Shown here one piece after another: positions 42,354 through 51,919 of a stretch of DNA of 64,000 nucleotides. The notes beneath the pieces were generated by a model, which saw only the letters and a list, made by a program, of their open reading frames with translations, was not told the origin of the DNA and searched no databases. This DNA comes from Chloroflexota bacterium (GTDB taxonomy: Bacteria > Chloroflexota > Anaerolineae > UBA1429). The first letter of the stretch is position 1. Each line of letters opens with the position of its first letter. The translations under genes were made by a program, and so were the position numbers. The stretch spans positions 13,252 through 77,251 of the forward strand of contig JAIOAW010000006.1 of assembly GCA_019873625.1 (NCBI GenBank), written 5' to 3'.

Positions 42354-44078
42354 TCACCGGGCGGGGCCGCGCAGGCGCCGCCACGTGCGGTAGAGGAGCC
42401 AGCCCGTGCCGGCCAAGCCGATCGCGTTCCCAATGAGGGCGGGGATCGGGAACGAGGCACGTCCTTGGGCGAGCACCTCAAAGGCATCTACCAGACAGGC
42501 CGTTCCGGTGGAGGCCGGATTGTGGTCGTTGGCTACGGTGAGGCGAAGGATATGTTCCCCTGGGCTGACGCCCTGCACAAGCGGGATGGACGCGCGCCGC
42601 TCGATCATCGGGCGGTAGAGGTCTACATAACTCAGGCCCTGTTCATCGGTGGGCAGGCCCGGCACGGTGTGGCCATCCAAAGAGACGTTCAACCGCCCCC
42701 CGCCGGGCCAGCGTTGGGCGATGAGGTTGACCCCTGCCCCATTGAAGGTGAAGGTGAGGCTTTCGCCCGGCGTTTCGGAGAGATAGTAGGCCCCGCCTAG
42801 GGCGCCCTCATCGCGGACGGGTCGCCAGCGGCCGTACGGCTTGACGGCGGGGTTCGTCTCTTGATACAGCCCCGGGCCGGCCATATCCTGCCGGGCGGCC
42901 ACGTCTTGCACGGCAAAGTAGAGTTGGCGCGGCGTGAAATCCTCATCCACCATGCGAAAATAGTATTCGGCGCTATCGGGCGGGATGTTGCCCACCTGCC
43001 GAAAGTACCAAATCATAAACACACCGGCCCAGGGCCATGCGCGGCGCGCGTATTCGATGCCTTGAATCGTATACTCGGCCTGCTCCTTTTCGCTGACGCG
43101 CTTCCAGATGAGGCGGTCGGCGGGCATATCCTCCGGCGCGGCGTTCCAGCCATACTCGTTGAACCAGACGGCCTTGTTGGCATCTCCATAGCGCTCCATA
43201 ATCTGCCGCTGCAGGAGCACCCGCTGAAAGTTGAGCACGTTCGGGTCGGGCGGGTCTTGCGGGGGGCGATCCATCCCAAAGGCGTTGGCCGAAAGGATGT
43301 CAAAATACTCGCGTGCGCCGGCCTGGTACATCCTCTCCAGAAAGGTCAAGTCGCTCATCGCGATCCATTGCCCGGGTTCTGGGTGGGGCTGGCCGAGGGT
43401 AATGGCCAAGGGCGCGCTGAGCACGTACACGTTGGGGTCCGCCTCTTTGGCGCGGCGATAGGCGATCTTCAAGAGTTCGACGTACGCCTCGGGGTTGACG
43501 GGCTGGTTCCCCCACTCAGGGAAGATGTTCGGCTCGTTCCAGATTTGGATGTAGTGGATGCGCCCCTTATACCGGCTGACGAAGGTGTAGACGAAATCGC
43601 CGTAATCCTCAAAATTGTCGGGGGGGCGCTGTTTGTAGGTGTTATCCTGGCGGGTCCAATCGGGGGGGCGATCCAGCCGAGCGACGATCTCCAAGCCGTA
43701 GCGCTCGCAGGCCTCGACGATACGGTCATACTTGGCCCAGGTATCAGCCTTGGTGACGGGGTCAAGGTATTCCCCTTTGCGCAGGGGTTCGATCTCTTCC
43801 CAAGAGAACTGCTGTTTCACCCAGCGGATGCCCGCACTCGCGGCCATTTGCAGGGTGCGCTCGAGTTTCCAGGGTTCTACCTCGCGCGCCAGGAAAAAGT
43901 TAGCGCCAAAGGGGTCCACATCGGTATTGGGGATGGTGCGGGCGGGCGTGGGCGCAGGGCTGGGGCCTCGCCCCACCCCACGGTAAAGGAGGTAGCCAAA
44001 GGTGCCCAGGAGCGCGAGAAAGACTCCCGCCAAAGCGATGAACCGTGCCCACCAAACCTTGCGCCGGTTTGCGAACAT
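42354..44078 (-). CDS. Membrane-anchored clan GH-A glycoside hydrolase (GH5/GH39-like)
   Basis: FSWEEIEP, QIWNEPN, VWFNEYGW; N- and C-terminal hydrophobic helices; C-terminal beta-sandwich. Confidence 0.8.
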   Translation of the reverse strand: MFANRRKVWWARFIALAGVFLALLGTFGYLLYRGVGRGPSPAPTPARTIPNTDVDPFGANFFLAREVEPWKLERTLQMAASAGIRWVKQQFSWEEIEPLRKGEYLDPVTKADTWAKYDRIVEACERYGLEIVARLDRPPDWTRQDNTYKQRPPDNFEDYGDFVYTFVSRYKGRIHYIQIWNEPNIFPEWGNQPVNPEAYVELLKIAYRRAKEADPNVYVLSAPLAITLGQPHPEPGQWIAMSDLTFLERMYQAGAREYFDILSANAFGMDRPPQDPPDPNVLNFQRVLLQRQIMERYGDANKAVWFNEYGWNAAPEDMPADRLIWKRVSEKEQAEYTIQGIEYARRAWPWAGVFMIWYFRQVGNIPPDSAEYYFRMVDEDFTPRQLYFAVQDVAARQDMAGPGLYQETNPAVKPYGRWRPVRDEGALGGAYYLSETPGESLTFTFNGAGVNLIAQRWPGGGRLNVSLDGHTVPGLPTDEQGLSYVDLYRPMIERRASIPLVQGVSPGEHILRLTVANDHNPASTGTACLVDAFEVLAQGRASFPIPALIGNAIGLAGTGWLLYRTWRRLRGPAR

Positions 44079-44107
44079 CCAGCCCCCTCAAGGCGCAACG
44101 TGCGCAG

Positions 44108-44158
44108 ATTATAGGCGGCCGGCGGGGTTCTTGTCAATCCGTTATGGGGCGGTATAAT
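44108..44158. promoter_or_regulatory. Overlapping divergent sigma70-type promoters
   Basis: Plus strand TTGTCA-16-TATAAT (44131-44158); minus strand TTGACA-18-TATAAT (44137-44108). Confidence 0.55.
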
Positions 44159-44197
44159 CGGCTCAAGGGAACGCTCCGGCCAAAGATAGGTGCCAGG

Positions 44198-46855
44198 ATG
44201 AAGATCATCACCAGCCACGAGCGGGCCGATATGGATGCGTTGGCCTCCATTTATGCGGCCTCGCTCCTTTACCCAGATTTCATTGCGCTCCTCCCGCAAA
44301 AGATCAACCGTAACCTGCGGGATTTCGTGGCGCTGTATCGAGAGGCCCTGCCCTTTGTGGAGCGCCGCCACCTACCGCACCGGCGCATCAGCGAGGTCAT
44401 CTTGGTGGATACGCAGACCATCGCCCCCCTGCGAGGGATGGACGCCCACACGAGGATCCATATCATTGATCATCACCCTCTTGAGGTGCCCCTGGGCGAA
44501 AACATCACCTTCGAGGGAGACGCCGTGGGCGCCACCACTACCCTGCTCACCGAAAAGATCCGCGCCCAAGGGATCGCGCTGAATTCCGTGGGGGCCAGCC
44601 TCCTCTTGATGGGCATTTATGAAGATACGGGGTCCCTTTCGTACCTGACGACCACCGCGCGAGATGCCCAGGCGGCGGCGTGGCTCTTGGAAAAGGGCGC
44701 CGACCTGCGTTTGGTGGGCGAATATCTGCACCACCCCCTTTCCAGTGAGCAGCGCCAGGTTTTGACGCAACTCCTCAACCAAAGCACCCTGCACACCATC
44801 CGCGGGCGGAACATCTGCCTCTCGGCCGTGGTGCTTGACCAGTATGTGGACGAACTCTCCTCGCTCATCCACCAAATTATGGATATCTATGAGCCGGAGG
44901 CGTGTTTTATGCTGGCCCAACATGGGGAGAGCGTGCAGATCATCGCCCGCAGCGAGACGGACGCCATTGATGTGGCCGCGATCTTGCGGGAGTTCGGCGG
45001 CGGGGGGCACAGCAAGGCCGCCGCCGCGCATTGCGAAGGGGCCTCCATCGAGACCCTGAGCGCCGACCTCTTGCGCGCGCTAGAAAGGCACGTGGTGCCG
45101 CCGGTGCTCGTGCGCGAGATTATGTCCACCAACGTCCACACCCTGCCGGTGGATATGTCTATCCGCGAGGCGGCGCAACTGATGCGCCGCTACGGGCATG
45201 AGGGCTTCCCGGTGGTGGAGGGCGACCGCCTGGTGGGCGTCCTCACGCGGAGCGATGTGGACCGCGCCTTGCACCACCGTCGCGGTGAGACGCCCATCCG
45301 CAGCATCCTTTACACGGGGCCGGTATACGTCAGCCCGACGGCTCCGGTGGATGAGGTCCAGCGGGTGATGCTGGAATCTGGCCTGGGCCAGGTGCCCGTG
45401 GTGGAGGATGGGCGCTTTGTGGGGTTGGTAACGCGCACCGACCTCATCAAACTGTGGTCGGCGCCGCTTTACCCTTCTCGCCGGCCGGAAATTCGCCGGA
45501 TGATGGAGGAAGTCCTCCCGCCGGCCCTGCGGGACCTGCTTCTCACCGCGCGCGATGTAGCCAATGATATGGGTTATTCGCTCTATATCGTCGGTGGGTT
45601 CGTGCGAGACTTGCTCCTTGGCTCGCCGACGCTTGACCTGGACCTGGTAGTGGAGGGCGACGCCATCCGTATGGCGGAGGAACTGGGCCGCCGCTTGGGG
45701 GCGCGGGTGCGCAGCCATGCCCGCTTCGGCACGGCCAAGGTCATCCTCGATGGCGACCGCGCCACGGGCGTGCCCCCCTCGCTCGATTTTGTTACGGCGC
45801 GTACCGAGTTCTACGAGCGGCCCAGCGTCCTCCCGCAGGTGGAACGCAGTTCCATCAAGCAAGACCTCTACCGGCGCGATTTCACCATCAACACGTTGGC
45901 CATCTGCCTGGATCGTGGCCGCTATGGCGAATTGCTCGATTATTACGGCGGAGAACGGGATATTCGCGAGAAGCGCATCCAGGTTCTGCACAACCTGAGT
46001 TTCGTCGAGGACCCCACGCGCATCTTGCGGGCGGTGCGCTTCGAACAGCGCCTGGGCTTTACCATCGAGGCGCGCACCGAGGAACTAATCGGCGAGGCGC
46101 TGGACTTGCTCGACGATGTGAGCGGCGAACGGCTGCGGCACGAGTTGTACCTCATCCTCGCCGAGGATGAGCCAGAGAAGGCCCTCGATCGCCTATACCG
46201 CCTTGGGGTGCTCCAGCATCTTCACCCGGCCTTGCGCTTTGGCCGGGAGGTGGCGCAACTCTTTGTGCGGCTGCGCGAGCGCTTTTCGGCTTGGCCCCAA
46301 CCCGAGGGGCCTGGTGTGGATGCGGCAGACCTCGCCGAACGCCAGGCCGCCGCGATGAGGCTCTGCTATCTGGCGATCCTCACCAGCACCCTTACCCCCA
46401 AAGAGTTGGAGGAACTCGCCAACCGCCTGCGCTTTTCGGGGCGAGACAGCCGCTTCCTCCAAGAGGTGCGACGCCTGCGCGAGATGCTCAGCCAACTGCA
46501 ATCTACGGTGATGCTCCGAAGCACCATCTACCGCCTGCTCAGTCAATTCTCGCGCGAGGCGCGGTTCGTCATCACCGTGTTGACGGATTCTGAACTCGTC
46601 CGCGAGCGGCTCGACCTCTATGAGCGCACCCTTTCCACCGTCTCACCGCGCATTGACGGGCACTATCTCAGGGCGCTGGGCGTGCCGCCGGGGCCGATTT
46701 ACGGGGAAATCCTCGAACGCGTGCGCGATGCCGTGCTAGATGGCCAAGTGCAGACGCTTGAGGAAGAACAGGCCCTCGTGCGCCGCCTGGTGGGCGCGGC
46801 GCACAACGGCCGTTCCATCGGAGATAAAGTCAACGGGGCTAAAACACCCGCGTGA
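44198..46855 (+). CDS. cca: tRNA nucleotidyltransferase with DHH, DHHA1 and CBS domains (probably A-adding type)
   Basis: HxxxDxD, IDHH, GGGH, CBS pair, VGGFVRD..DLD, RRDFTIN, EDPTRILRA. Confidence 0.9.
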   Translation: MKIITSHERADMDALASIYAASLLYPDFIALLPQKINRNLRDFVALYREALPFVERRHLPHRRISEVILVDTQTIAPLRGMDAHTRIHIIDHHPLEVPLGENITFEGDAVGATTTLLTEKIRAQGIALNSVGASLLLMGIYEDTGSLSYLTTTARDAQAAAWLLEKGADLRLVGEYLHHPLSSEQRQVLTQLLNQSTLHTIRGRNICLSAVVLDQYVDELSSLIHQIMDIYEPEACFMLAQHGESVQIIARSETDAIDVAAILREFGGGGHSKAAAAHCEGASIETLSADLLRALERHVVPPVLVREIMSTNVHTLPVDMSIREAAQLMRRYGHEGFPVVEGDRLVGVLTRSDVDRALHHRRGETPIRSILYTGPVYVSPTAPVDEVQRVMLESGLGQVPVVEDGRFVGLVTRTDLIKLWSAPLYPSRRPEIRRMMEEVLPPALRDLLLTARDVANDMGYSLYIVGGFVRDLLLGSPTLDLDLVVEGDAIRMAEELGRRLGARVRSHARFGTAKVILDGDRATGVPPSLDFVTARTEFYERPSVLPQVERSSIKQDLYRRDFTINTLAICLDRGRYGELLDYYGGERDIREKRIQVLHNLSFVEDPTRILRAVRFEQRLGFTIEARTEELIGEALDLLDDVSGERLRHELYLILAEDEPEKALDRLYRLGVLQHLHPALRFGREVAQLFVRLRERFSAWPQPEGPGVDAADLAERQAAAMRLCYLAILTSTLTPKELEELANRLRFSGRDSRFLQEVRRLREMLSQLQSTVMLRSTIYRLLSQFSREARFVITVLTDSELVRERLDLYERTLSTVSPRIDGHYLRALGVPPGPIYGEILERVRDAVLDGQVQTLEEEQALVRRLVGAAHNGRSIGDKVNGAKTPA

Positions 46856-47858
46856 TCTCGTCCACATCGAAGCGGGGCAGGGCCTGCTCTTTAGCCCCGC
46901 GCACCATCACGCGCTGGTTGGGGTCCGGCAAGAGTTCGCCGATCTCGACGCAGGGGATGTTCTCTTGCCGATAGCGCGCGATGAGGTCGGCAGCCCGCTC
47001 GGCCTCCACGGCGATGAGCAGCGCGCCCGAGGCGATGACGCCGAGGGGGTCGAGGCCGAATTCGGCGCATAGGCGTGCGCCCTCTTCCAAGATGGGCACG
47101 ACGTCGGCGTTCAGGCGAACCCCCACGTTCGCGGCGGAGGCCATCTCGTGCAGGCCCGTGGCCAAGCCGCCTTCCGTTGGGTCATGCATCGCGTGCACGC
47201 CCGGCATATCGGCGGCCAACCGCGCCGCTTGCACCACGCTGATGCCGGGGTCATAGAGATACCCCTGCGCCTTGCGGAGAAAGGCCTCCGTATAGCCCCG
47301 GCGGCGCAAGGCCTCGGCCTTTTCGCGCGCGATGAGGGCCGTGCCCTCGATGGGGATGCCCTTGACGAGGAGGATGCGGTCTCCGACGCGGGCGCCCGCC
47401 GTGGTGAGCAGCCTTTCGCGGGGCACCTCGCCGATCATCACCCCCACCACGATGGGCCGATCCAGCCCCCAAGTAACCTCCGTATGCCCTCCCACGAGGA
47501 GGATGCCCAGTTCGTCGCAAGCCTCGCGCAGTTGGCGAAAAATGGTGTGCACCACATCGAGGTTCGTCTTGCCCTCTGGCAAAAGGACGGTGTTCAGCAT
47601 CCACAGGGGGCGGGCGCCGCTCGTGGCGATATCGTTCGCGTTGACGTGCACGGCATACCAGCCGATTTGGTCGCTGGCAAAGGTGATGGGGTCCGTTTTG
47701 ACGACGATGTAGCGGTCGCCCATATCAATCACGGCCACATCTTCGCCCACAGCCGGCCCGGCGATAAGGCGCGGATCGGCCCTGCGGCAGTGCTCCAAAA
47801 GGCTTTGGAGGACCTCCATCGGCAGTTTGCCCACGGGGAAGATGCCATCCTCAGGCAT
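46839..47858 (-). CDS. AIR synthase/HypE-like family protein
   Basis: GKLP, GEDVA, TDPIT, NANDIA, GGHTE, MHDPTEGG; lacks the HypE C-terminal PRIC. Confidence 0.85.
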   Translation of the reverse strand: MPEDGIFPVGKLPMEVLQSLLEHCRRADPRLIAGPAVGEDVAVIDMGDRYIVVKTDPITFASDQIGWYAVHVNANDIATSGARPLWMLNTVLLPEGKTNLDVVHTIFRQLREACDELGILLVGGHTEVTWGLDRPIVVGVMIGEVPRERLLTTAGARVGDRILLVKGIPIEGTALIAREKAEALRRRGYTEAFLRKAQGYLYDPGISVVQAARLAADMPGVHAMHDPTEGGLATGLHEMASAANVGVRLNADVVPILEEGARLCAEFGLDPLGVIASGALLIAVEAERAADLIARYRQENIPCVEIGELLPDPNQRVMVRGAKEQALPRFDVDEITRVF

Positions 47859-47884
47859 AGGCGGTTCCACCTCCCGCAAGGGTT

Positions 47885-47923
47885 AGGATAATCGGATTAT
47901 CCTTTGCGGGGCGCGTTTGTCAA
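47885..47923 (-). promoter_or_regulatory. Promoter with a 9-1-9 palindromic operator
   Basis: TTGACA-16-GATAAT; AGGATAATC-G-GATTATCCT at 47885-47903. Confidence 0.6.
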
Positions 47924-47957
47924 AAGGCGCGGCGTGGGGAACCCTCATGCCGCGCCT
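47922..47957 (-). terminator. Intrinsic terminator of the permease gene
   Basis: AGGCGCGGCATGAGGG/CCCCACGCCGCGCCT imperfect stem followed by T run, just after the stop. Confidence 0.7.
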
Positions 47958-47964
47958 AGACGCC

Positions 47965-49287
47965 TTACACCTTTTCGGCCTTGGCCTTTTTGGGCGGCAA
48001 GAACTCGAAAATGGCGTTCAAGAGGATGCCCACGACGGCCGAGGTGGCGATGGCCGGCAGCCCCGAAGGGAAGGCCGCCTTGAGGAAGGGGATGTTGATG
48101 GGCAGGTTGCCCCCTTCAAAGGCCGAGCCGCCGATGCCGATGACCAAGATCACCGCGCCCACAGCGAGTTGGCGCGGGTCAAACAGGTTGACCTTTTCGG
48201 ATTGGATGAGCGCCACGCCTTGCAGGCCGATGACGCCAAAGAGAAAGATGGCTAGCCCCCCGGTAACGGGGACGGGGAGCGTCTCGACGATGGCGGCCAA
48301 CTTGCCGATGAAGCCGAGCAGGATGGCAATGACGCCCGCTGCGATGAGCACGGGGCAGGAATAGTTCCGCGTGATGGCCATCAGCGAGTTATTTTCGCCA
48401 TAGTTCGTGCCGGCGCACCCGCCTAAAAAGCCGTTGATAGCGTCTCCGATGCCATCCAAGATGAGGTTGAGGCCGATGAGGTTTTTGATCTGCAAGGGCT
48501 TGCGCTTCATCTCTTCGGCGAGTTCATCCACATAAAGGCTGATCTGATAGAGGTGCGCGGTGGATTCCGGAATGGTGGCGATGGCGATGGGCGCGATGGC
48601 GACGATGGCCCCCCACTTGAAAACGGGCAAACTGAAGGCGGGGACGCGCAGCCATTTGGCCTCCATCACCGGGGTAAAGTCCACCAGGCCCAAGGCCCAC
48701 GAGAGGAGATACCCAGCGAGCGCCCCCAAAAGGACAGGGATCATCGAGACGAACCCCCTCCCCCGCAAATACACGGAAAAGAGCACCGTGGCCAGGAGCG
48801 TAAAGAAGGCGATGCCCCAGTGGGCGCTGGCCATATCGAGCGCGGCCTTGGCGAGGGAAATGCCGATGACGATGGCCACCGAGCCGGTGACGATGGGCGG
48901 GAGCACGCGATCGAGCGAGTTCTTGCCCGTCCAGCGGATGAGCAAGCCCGCTAGAATGGAGACGAGCGCCGTAGCCACGATGCCCCCTTGGGCCACGCGC
49001 ACACCGCCCCACTCGGCCCCGACCACAGCGGCCACGGCGGCGATGTAACTGAAACTCGAGCCGTAATAGAGGGGGATGCGCATCCCCGAGCCGAGCAAGG
49101 CCACGATGGTGGCTAGGCCGCTGGCAAAAAGGGTCACCCCCACGTCGAACCCCGTGAGGATGGCCACCAAGACGGTCGCCGGGAACATCGTGAGGACGTG
49201 CTGAAAGCCCAGGGCGACGAGCGCTGGCAGGGGCGGGCGATCCTGCGGCAGGTAACCGATTGGCTGCGTATTCGTTTGGGCAGACAC
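47965..49287 (-). CDS. uraA: NCS2 uracil/xanthine permease (UraA/PyrP-like)
   Basis: GFQHVLTMF, GSSFSYI, PPIVTG, ESTAH, TNYGEN, GG..LFGVI; GTG start behind AAGGAGG. Confidence 0.88.
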   Translation of the reverse strand: MSAQTNTQPIGYLPQDRPPLPALVALGFQHVLTMFPATVLVAILTGFDVGVTLFASGLATIVALLGSGMRIPLYYGSSFSYIAAVAAVVGAEWGGVRVAQGGIVATALVSILAGLLIRWTGKNSLDRVLPPIVTGSVAIVIGISLAKAALDMASAHWGIAFFTLLATVLFSVYLRGRGFVSMIPVLLGALAGYLLSWALGLVDFTPVMEAKWLRVPAFSLPVFKWGAIVAIAPIAIATIPESTAHLYQISLYVDELAEEMKRKPLQIKNLIGLNLILDGIGDAINGFLGGCAGTNYGENNSLMAITRNYSCPVLIAAGVIAILLGFIGKLAAIVETLPVPVTGGLAIFLFGVIGLQGVALIQSEKVNLFDPRQLAVGAVILVIGIGGSAFEGGNLPINIPFLKAAFPSGLPAIATSAVVGILLNAIFEFLPPKKAKAEKV

Positions 49288-49380
49288 AGGGCCTCCTTTG
49301 GAAAGAATGTATTTGGAACCCCACATCTCTTCGCCCTAAAGGGCGGTGGCTCCCGAAGGGCAGGCGCGCTTGCGCGGCAC

Positions 49381-49408
49381 AAAAAAAGAGGGACTCTCAG
49401 AGTCCCTC
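49381..49408 (-). terminator. Intrinsic terminator upstream of the permease (possible attenuator)
   Basis: GAGGGACTC-TGA-GAGTCCCTC followed by T7. Confidence 0.8.
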
Positions 49409-49547
49409 AAAAGCCCCCAAGCCCCTTAGCGGGGCGCGATCGAGCGGCCAGGGTCGGGGTTGAAAGGGCATTCGCTTTACCCAAAATTCCGGATGTTGCC
49501 AGGCTGGCGCGGCATTTTATGCAAAGGCGCCCAAATCGCCAAAAAGG

Positions 49548-49934
49548 CTAATTCCCGCCTTTGGCTTGCTGGTAGGCCGTGCGGATATTCCACAGGTAGC
49601 CGGCCATCGTCTGGGCGGTCCACTCGTCGCCCCGCAGTTTGAGGTAGCCGTACATATAGGCAGATTCGCCATCCAGTTTGCCGCTAAAGAGTTTGTCGAG
49701 CGTATCGCCGCTCAGCGTGATGGCGATGGTGGCCTTATCGGCCCCGCCCTCGGCGCCTCTGAGGGAGCCTTTTTCAAAATAGAGCGTGTATTCGGCGCCC
49801 AACTCGGGCACGATGATGCCCATCGAAGCGTTGGCACTGGCGATGCGCTTCTTGAAGGCCTCATCCGCCTCCAGCGTGGCCACCATCTTCCCCAATACCT
49901 CGTACAACTGCTCCTTGGATTCGAACGCGGCCAT
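49548..49934 (-). CDS. SCP2 sterol/lipid-binding domain protein
   Basis: LFSGKLDGESAYMYGYLKLRGD SCP2-like signature; GAGGAGG SD. Confidence 0.8.
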   Translation of the reverse strand: MAAFESKEQLYEVLGKMVATLEADEAFKKRIASANASMGIIVPELGAEYTLYFEKGSLRGAEGGADKATIAITLSGDTLDKLFSGKLDGESAYMYGYLKLRGDEWTAQTMAGYLWNIRTAYQQAKGGN

Positions 49935-50139
49935 CGTAACCTCCTCGTTCAAGATGGTGCTCGACCTGATCGCCGATACAATACTATAAGGCCTTGATGT
50001 TTGTCAAGCGTAAATCTCGGGGGTCTCGCGCGCCCCCGAGCCGCCACGTGGCAAAACCCTATGAGGCGCCAAGGGCTTTTGGCCCGGCGCCGTTTGGCCT
50101 ATAATGGGTTGCCACTCCGGCCTTTGCCGAAGGAGAAGG

Positions 50140-51126
50140 ATGCCCCAAATCGAGGTCGAAAACCTGGTCAAGACCTTCCGCGTGGCCGAGCGCCAGGCGG
50201 GCACGTGGGGCGCGCTGAAAGGCCTCCTTCAGCGGCGCAGCCGCACCGTGCGCGCCCTAGACGGCATTTCCTTCACGATGGAGGTGGGCGAACTCGTCGG
50301 CTACATCGGCCCCAATGGGGCGGGCAAATCCACCACGGTCAAGATCCTCTCGGGCATCCTCATCCCAGATAGCGGCCGTTGCGTGGTGATGGGGCGCATC
50401 CCCTGGAAGGCGCGCACCGCCCATGTGGCCGAAATCGGCGTGGTGTTTGGCCAGCGCACCCAACTCTGGTGGGACCTGCCGGTCATCGAATCCTTCGATC
50501 TCCTGCGGGAGATTTACCGCATCCCCCCGCGCGAATACCTGAGGACGCGCGATGAACTCGTGGCGATGATGCGCCTCGAACCGCTTTTGGATACGCCCGT
50601 GCGCCAACTCAGCCTGGGCCAACGGATGCGCTGCGACCTGGCCGCCGCCTTTTTGCACCGCCCCAAACTCCTCTTTTTGGATGAGCCGACCATCGGGCTG
50701 GACGCGGCCTCGAAACTCGCCGTGCGCGATTACATCAAGCGCCTCAACCGCCAAGGGGTGAGCGTCATCCTCACCACGCACGATATGGACGACATCGAGG
50801 CCCTTTGCCGGCGCATCCTGCTTATCAACCGGGGGCGCATCCTGTTTGATGGGGCGCTCGAGGCCCTCCGCGCCCAAGTAAGCCGAGATCGGCAATTGGT
50901 CATCGTCCTCGCCCACGAAGAGACCTGGGTGGAGGACCCCGATGCCCAGGTGATCCGCCGCAACGGCCACCACCTCACCCTGCGGTTTGATCCGGAGCGC
51001 ATCTCGGCGGCGGATCTCATCGCCCGCATCACGGCGCGCTATGAGATCCGCGACCTCTATGTGGAAAACCCGCCCATCGAGGAGATCGTCGCTCAGATTT
51101 ATTATGAGGAGGGAACCGCCCTATGA
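50140..51126 (+). CDS. ABC transporter ATP-binding protein
   Basis: GPNGAGKST, VFGQRTQLWWDLP, LSLGQ, LDEPT, TTHD. Confidence 0.95.
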   Translation: MPQIEVENLVKTFRVAERQAGTWGALKGLLQRRSRTVRALDGISFTMEVGELVGYIGPNGAGKSTTVKILSGILIPDSGRCVVMGRIPWKARTAHVAEIGVVFGQRTQLWWDLPVIESFDLLREIYRIPPREYLRTRDELVAMMRLEPLLDTPVRQLSLGQRMRCDLAAAFLHRPKLLFLDEPTIGLDAASKLAVRDYIKRLNRQGVSVILTTHDMDDIEALCRRILLINRGRILFDGALEALRAQVSRDRQLVIVLAHEETWVEDPDAQVIRRNGHHLTLRFDPERISAADLIARITARYEIRDLYVENPPIEEIVAQIYYEEGTAL

Positions 51127-51914
51127 GCGCCTATGTGGCCCTCTTTAAGGCGCGTTTGCAGATGGGCCTGCAATACCGCGCGGCGGCCCTGGCGGGGTTG
51201 GGGACCCAGTTGTTCTGGGGGATCATCCGCCTGATGATCTTTGAAGCCTTTTTTCGCTCTTCGGCGGCGCCCCAGCCCATCACCTACCAGCAGACGGTGG
51301 ACTATTTGTGGCTCACGCAGGCGCTCCTCCTCATCTTGCCGATGCGGTTGGAGGGGGAAATCCAACAGATGATCCGCACGGGTGCGGTGGCCTATGAGTT
51401 GGCGCGCCCCACCGACTTGTATTGGTTCTGGTTCTTTCGCAGTGGGGCTGGGCGCACGGCGGCCCTGGCCCTGCGCGCGGCGCCGCTCTATCTTCTCGCT
51501 TGGCTCTTTTTGGGGCTAAAGGCGCCGCCCTCTTGGGCCTCGGCAGGGGCCTTTCTCCTTTCGCTCGCCTGCGCCAGTGCCTTGGGGTGCGCCCTGGCCA
51601 CGTTGATGACCATCAGCCTCCTATGGACCGTCTCCGGCGAGGGGATTAGCCGCCTTTTGAACCTCTTGGCCTATGTTTTCTCCGGCTCGGTCGTGCCGCT
51701 CCCCTTTTACCCAGCGTGGGCGCAGCGCGCCTTGGCTTTCTTGCCCTTTGGCGGGCTGATGGATACGCCCTTTCGCATCTACTCGGGGCACATCCCACCG
51801 GAGGAGGCCCTGGGGGCCATCGGCCATCAAATCGTTTGGACGGTGGCCCTCATCCTGTTGGGGCGCTGGATCCTCGGGCGTGGCCTGCGCCGCCTCACGG
51901 TGCAAGGGGGGTGA
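51123..51914 (+). CDS. ABC-2 family permease (DUF990-like)
   Basis: QYR, IRTGAVAYELARP, SG..PL..P, C-terminal VQGG. Confidence 0.88.
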   Translation: MSAYVALFKARLQMGLQYRAAALAGLGTQLFWGIIRLMIFEAFFRSSAAPQPITYQQTVDYLWLTQALLLILPMRLEGEIQQMIRTGAVAYELARPTDLYWFWFFRSGAGRTAALALRAAPLYLLAWLFLGLKAPPSWASAGAFLLSLACASALGCALATLMTISLLWTVSGEGISRLLNLLAYVFSGSVVPLPFYPAWAQRALAFLPFGGLMDTPFRIYSGHIPPEEALGAIGHQIVWTVALILLGRWILGRGLRRLTVQGG

Positions 51915-51919
51915 GCGCG

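Noticed and set aside
46839..47858. HypE or SelD
   Set aside because: No C-terminal PRIC (HypE) and no N-terminal Cys/Sec-x-x-Lys motif (SelD), so it does not supply the Sec machinery.
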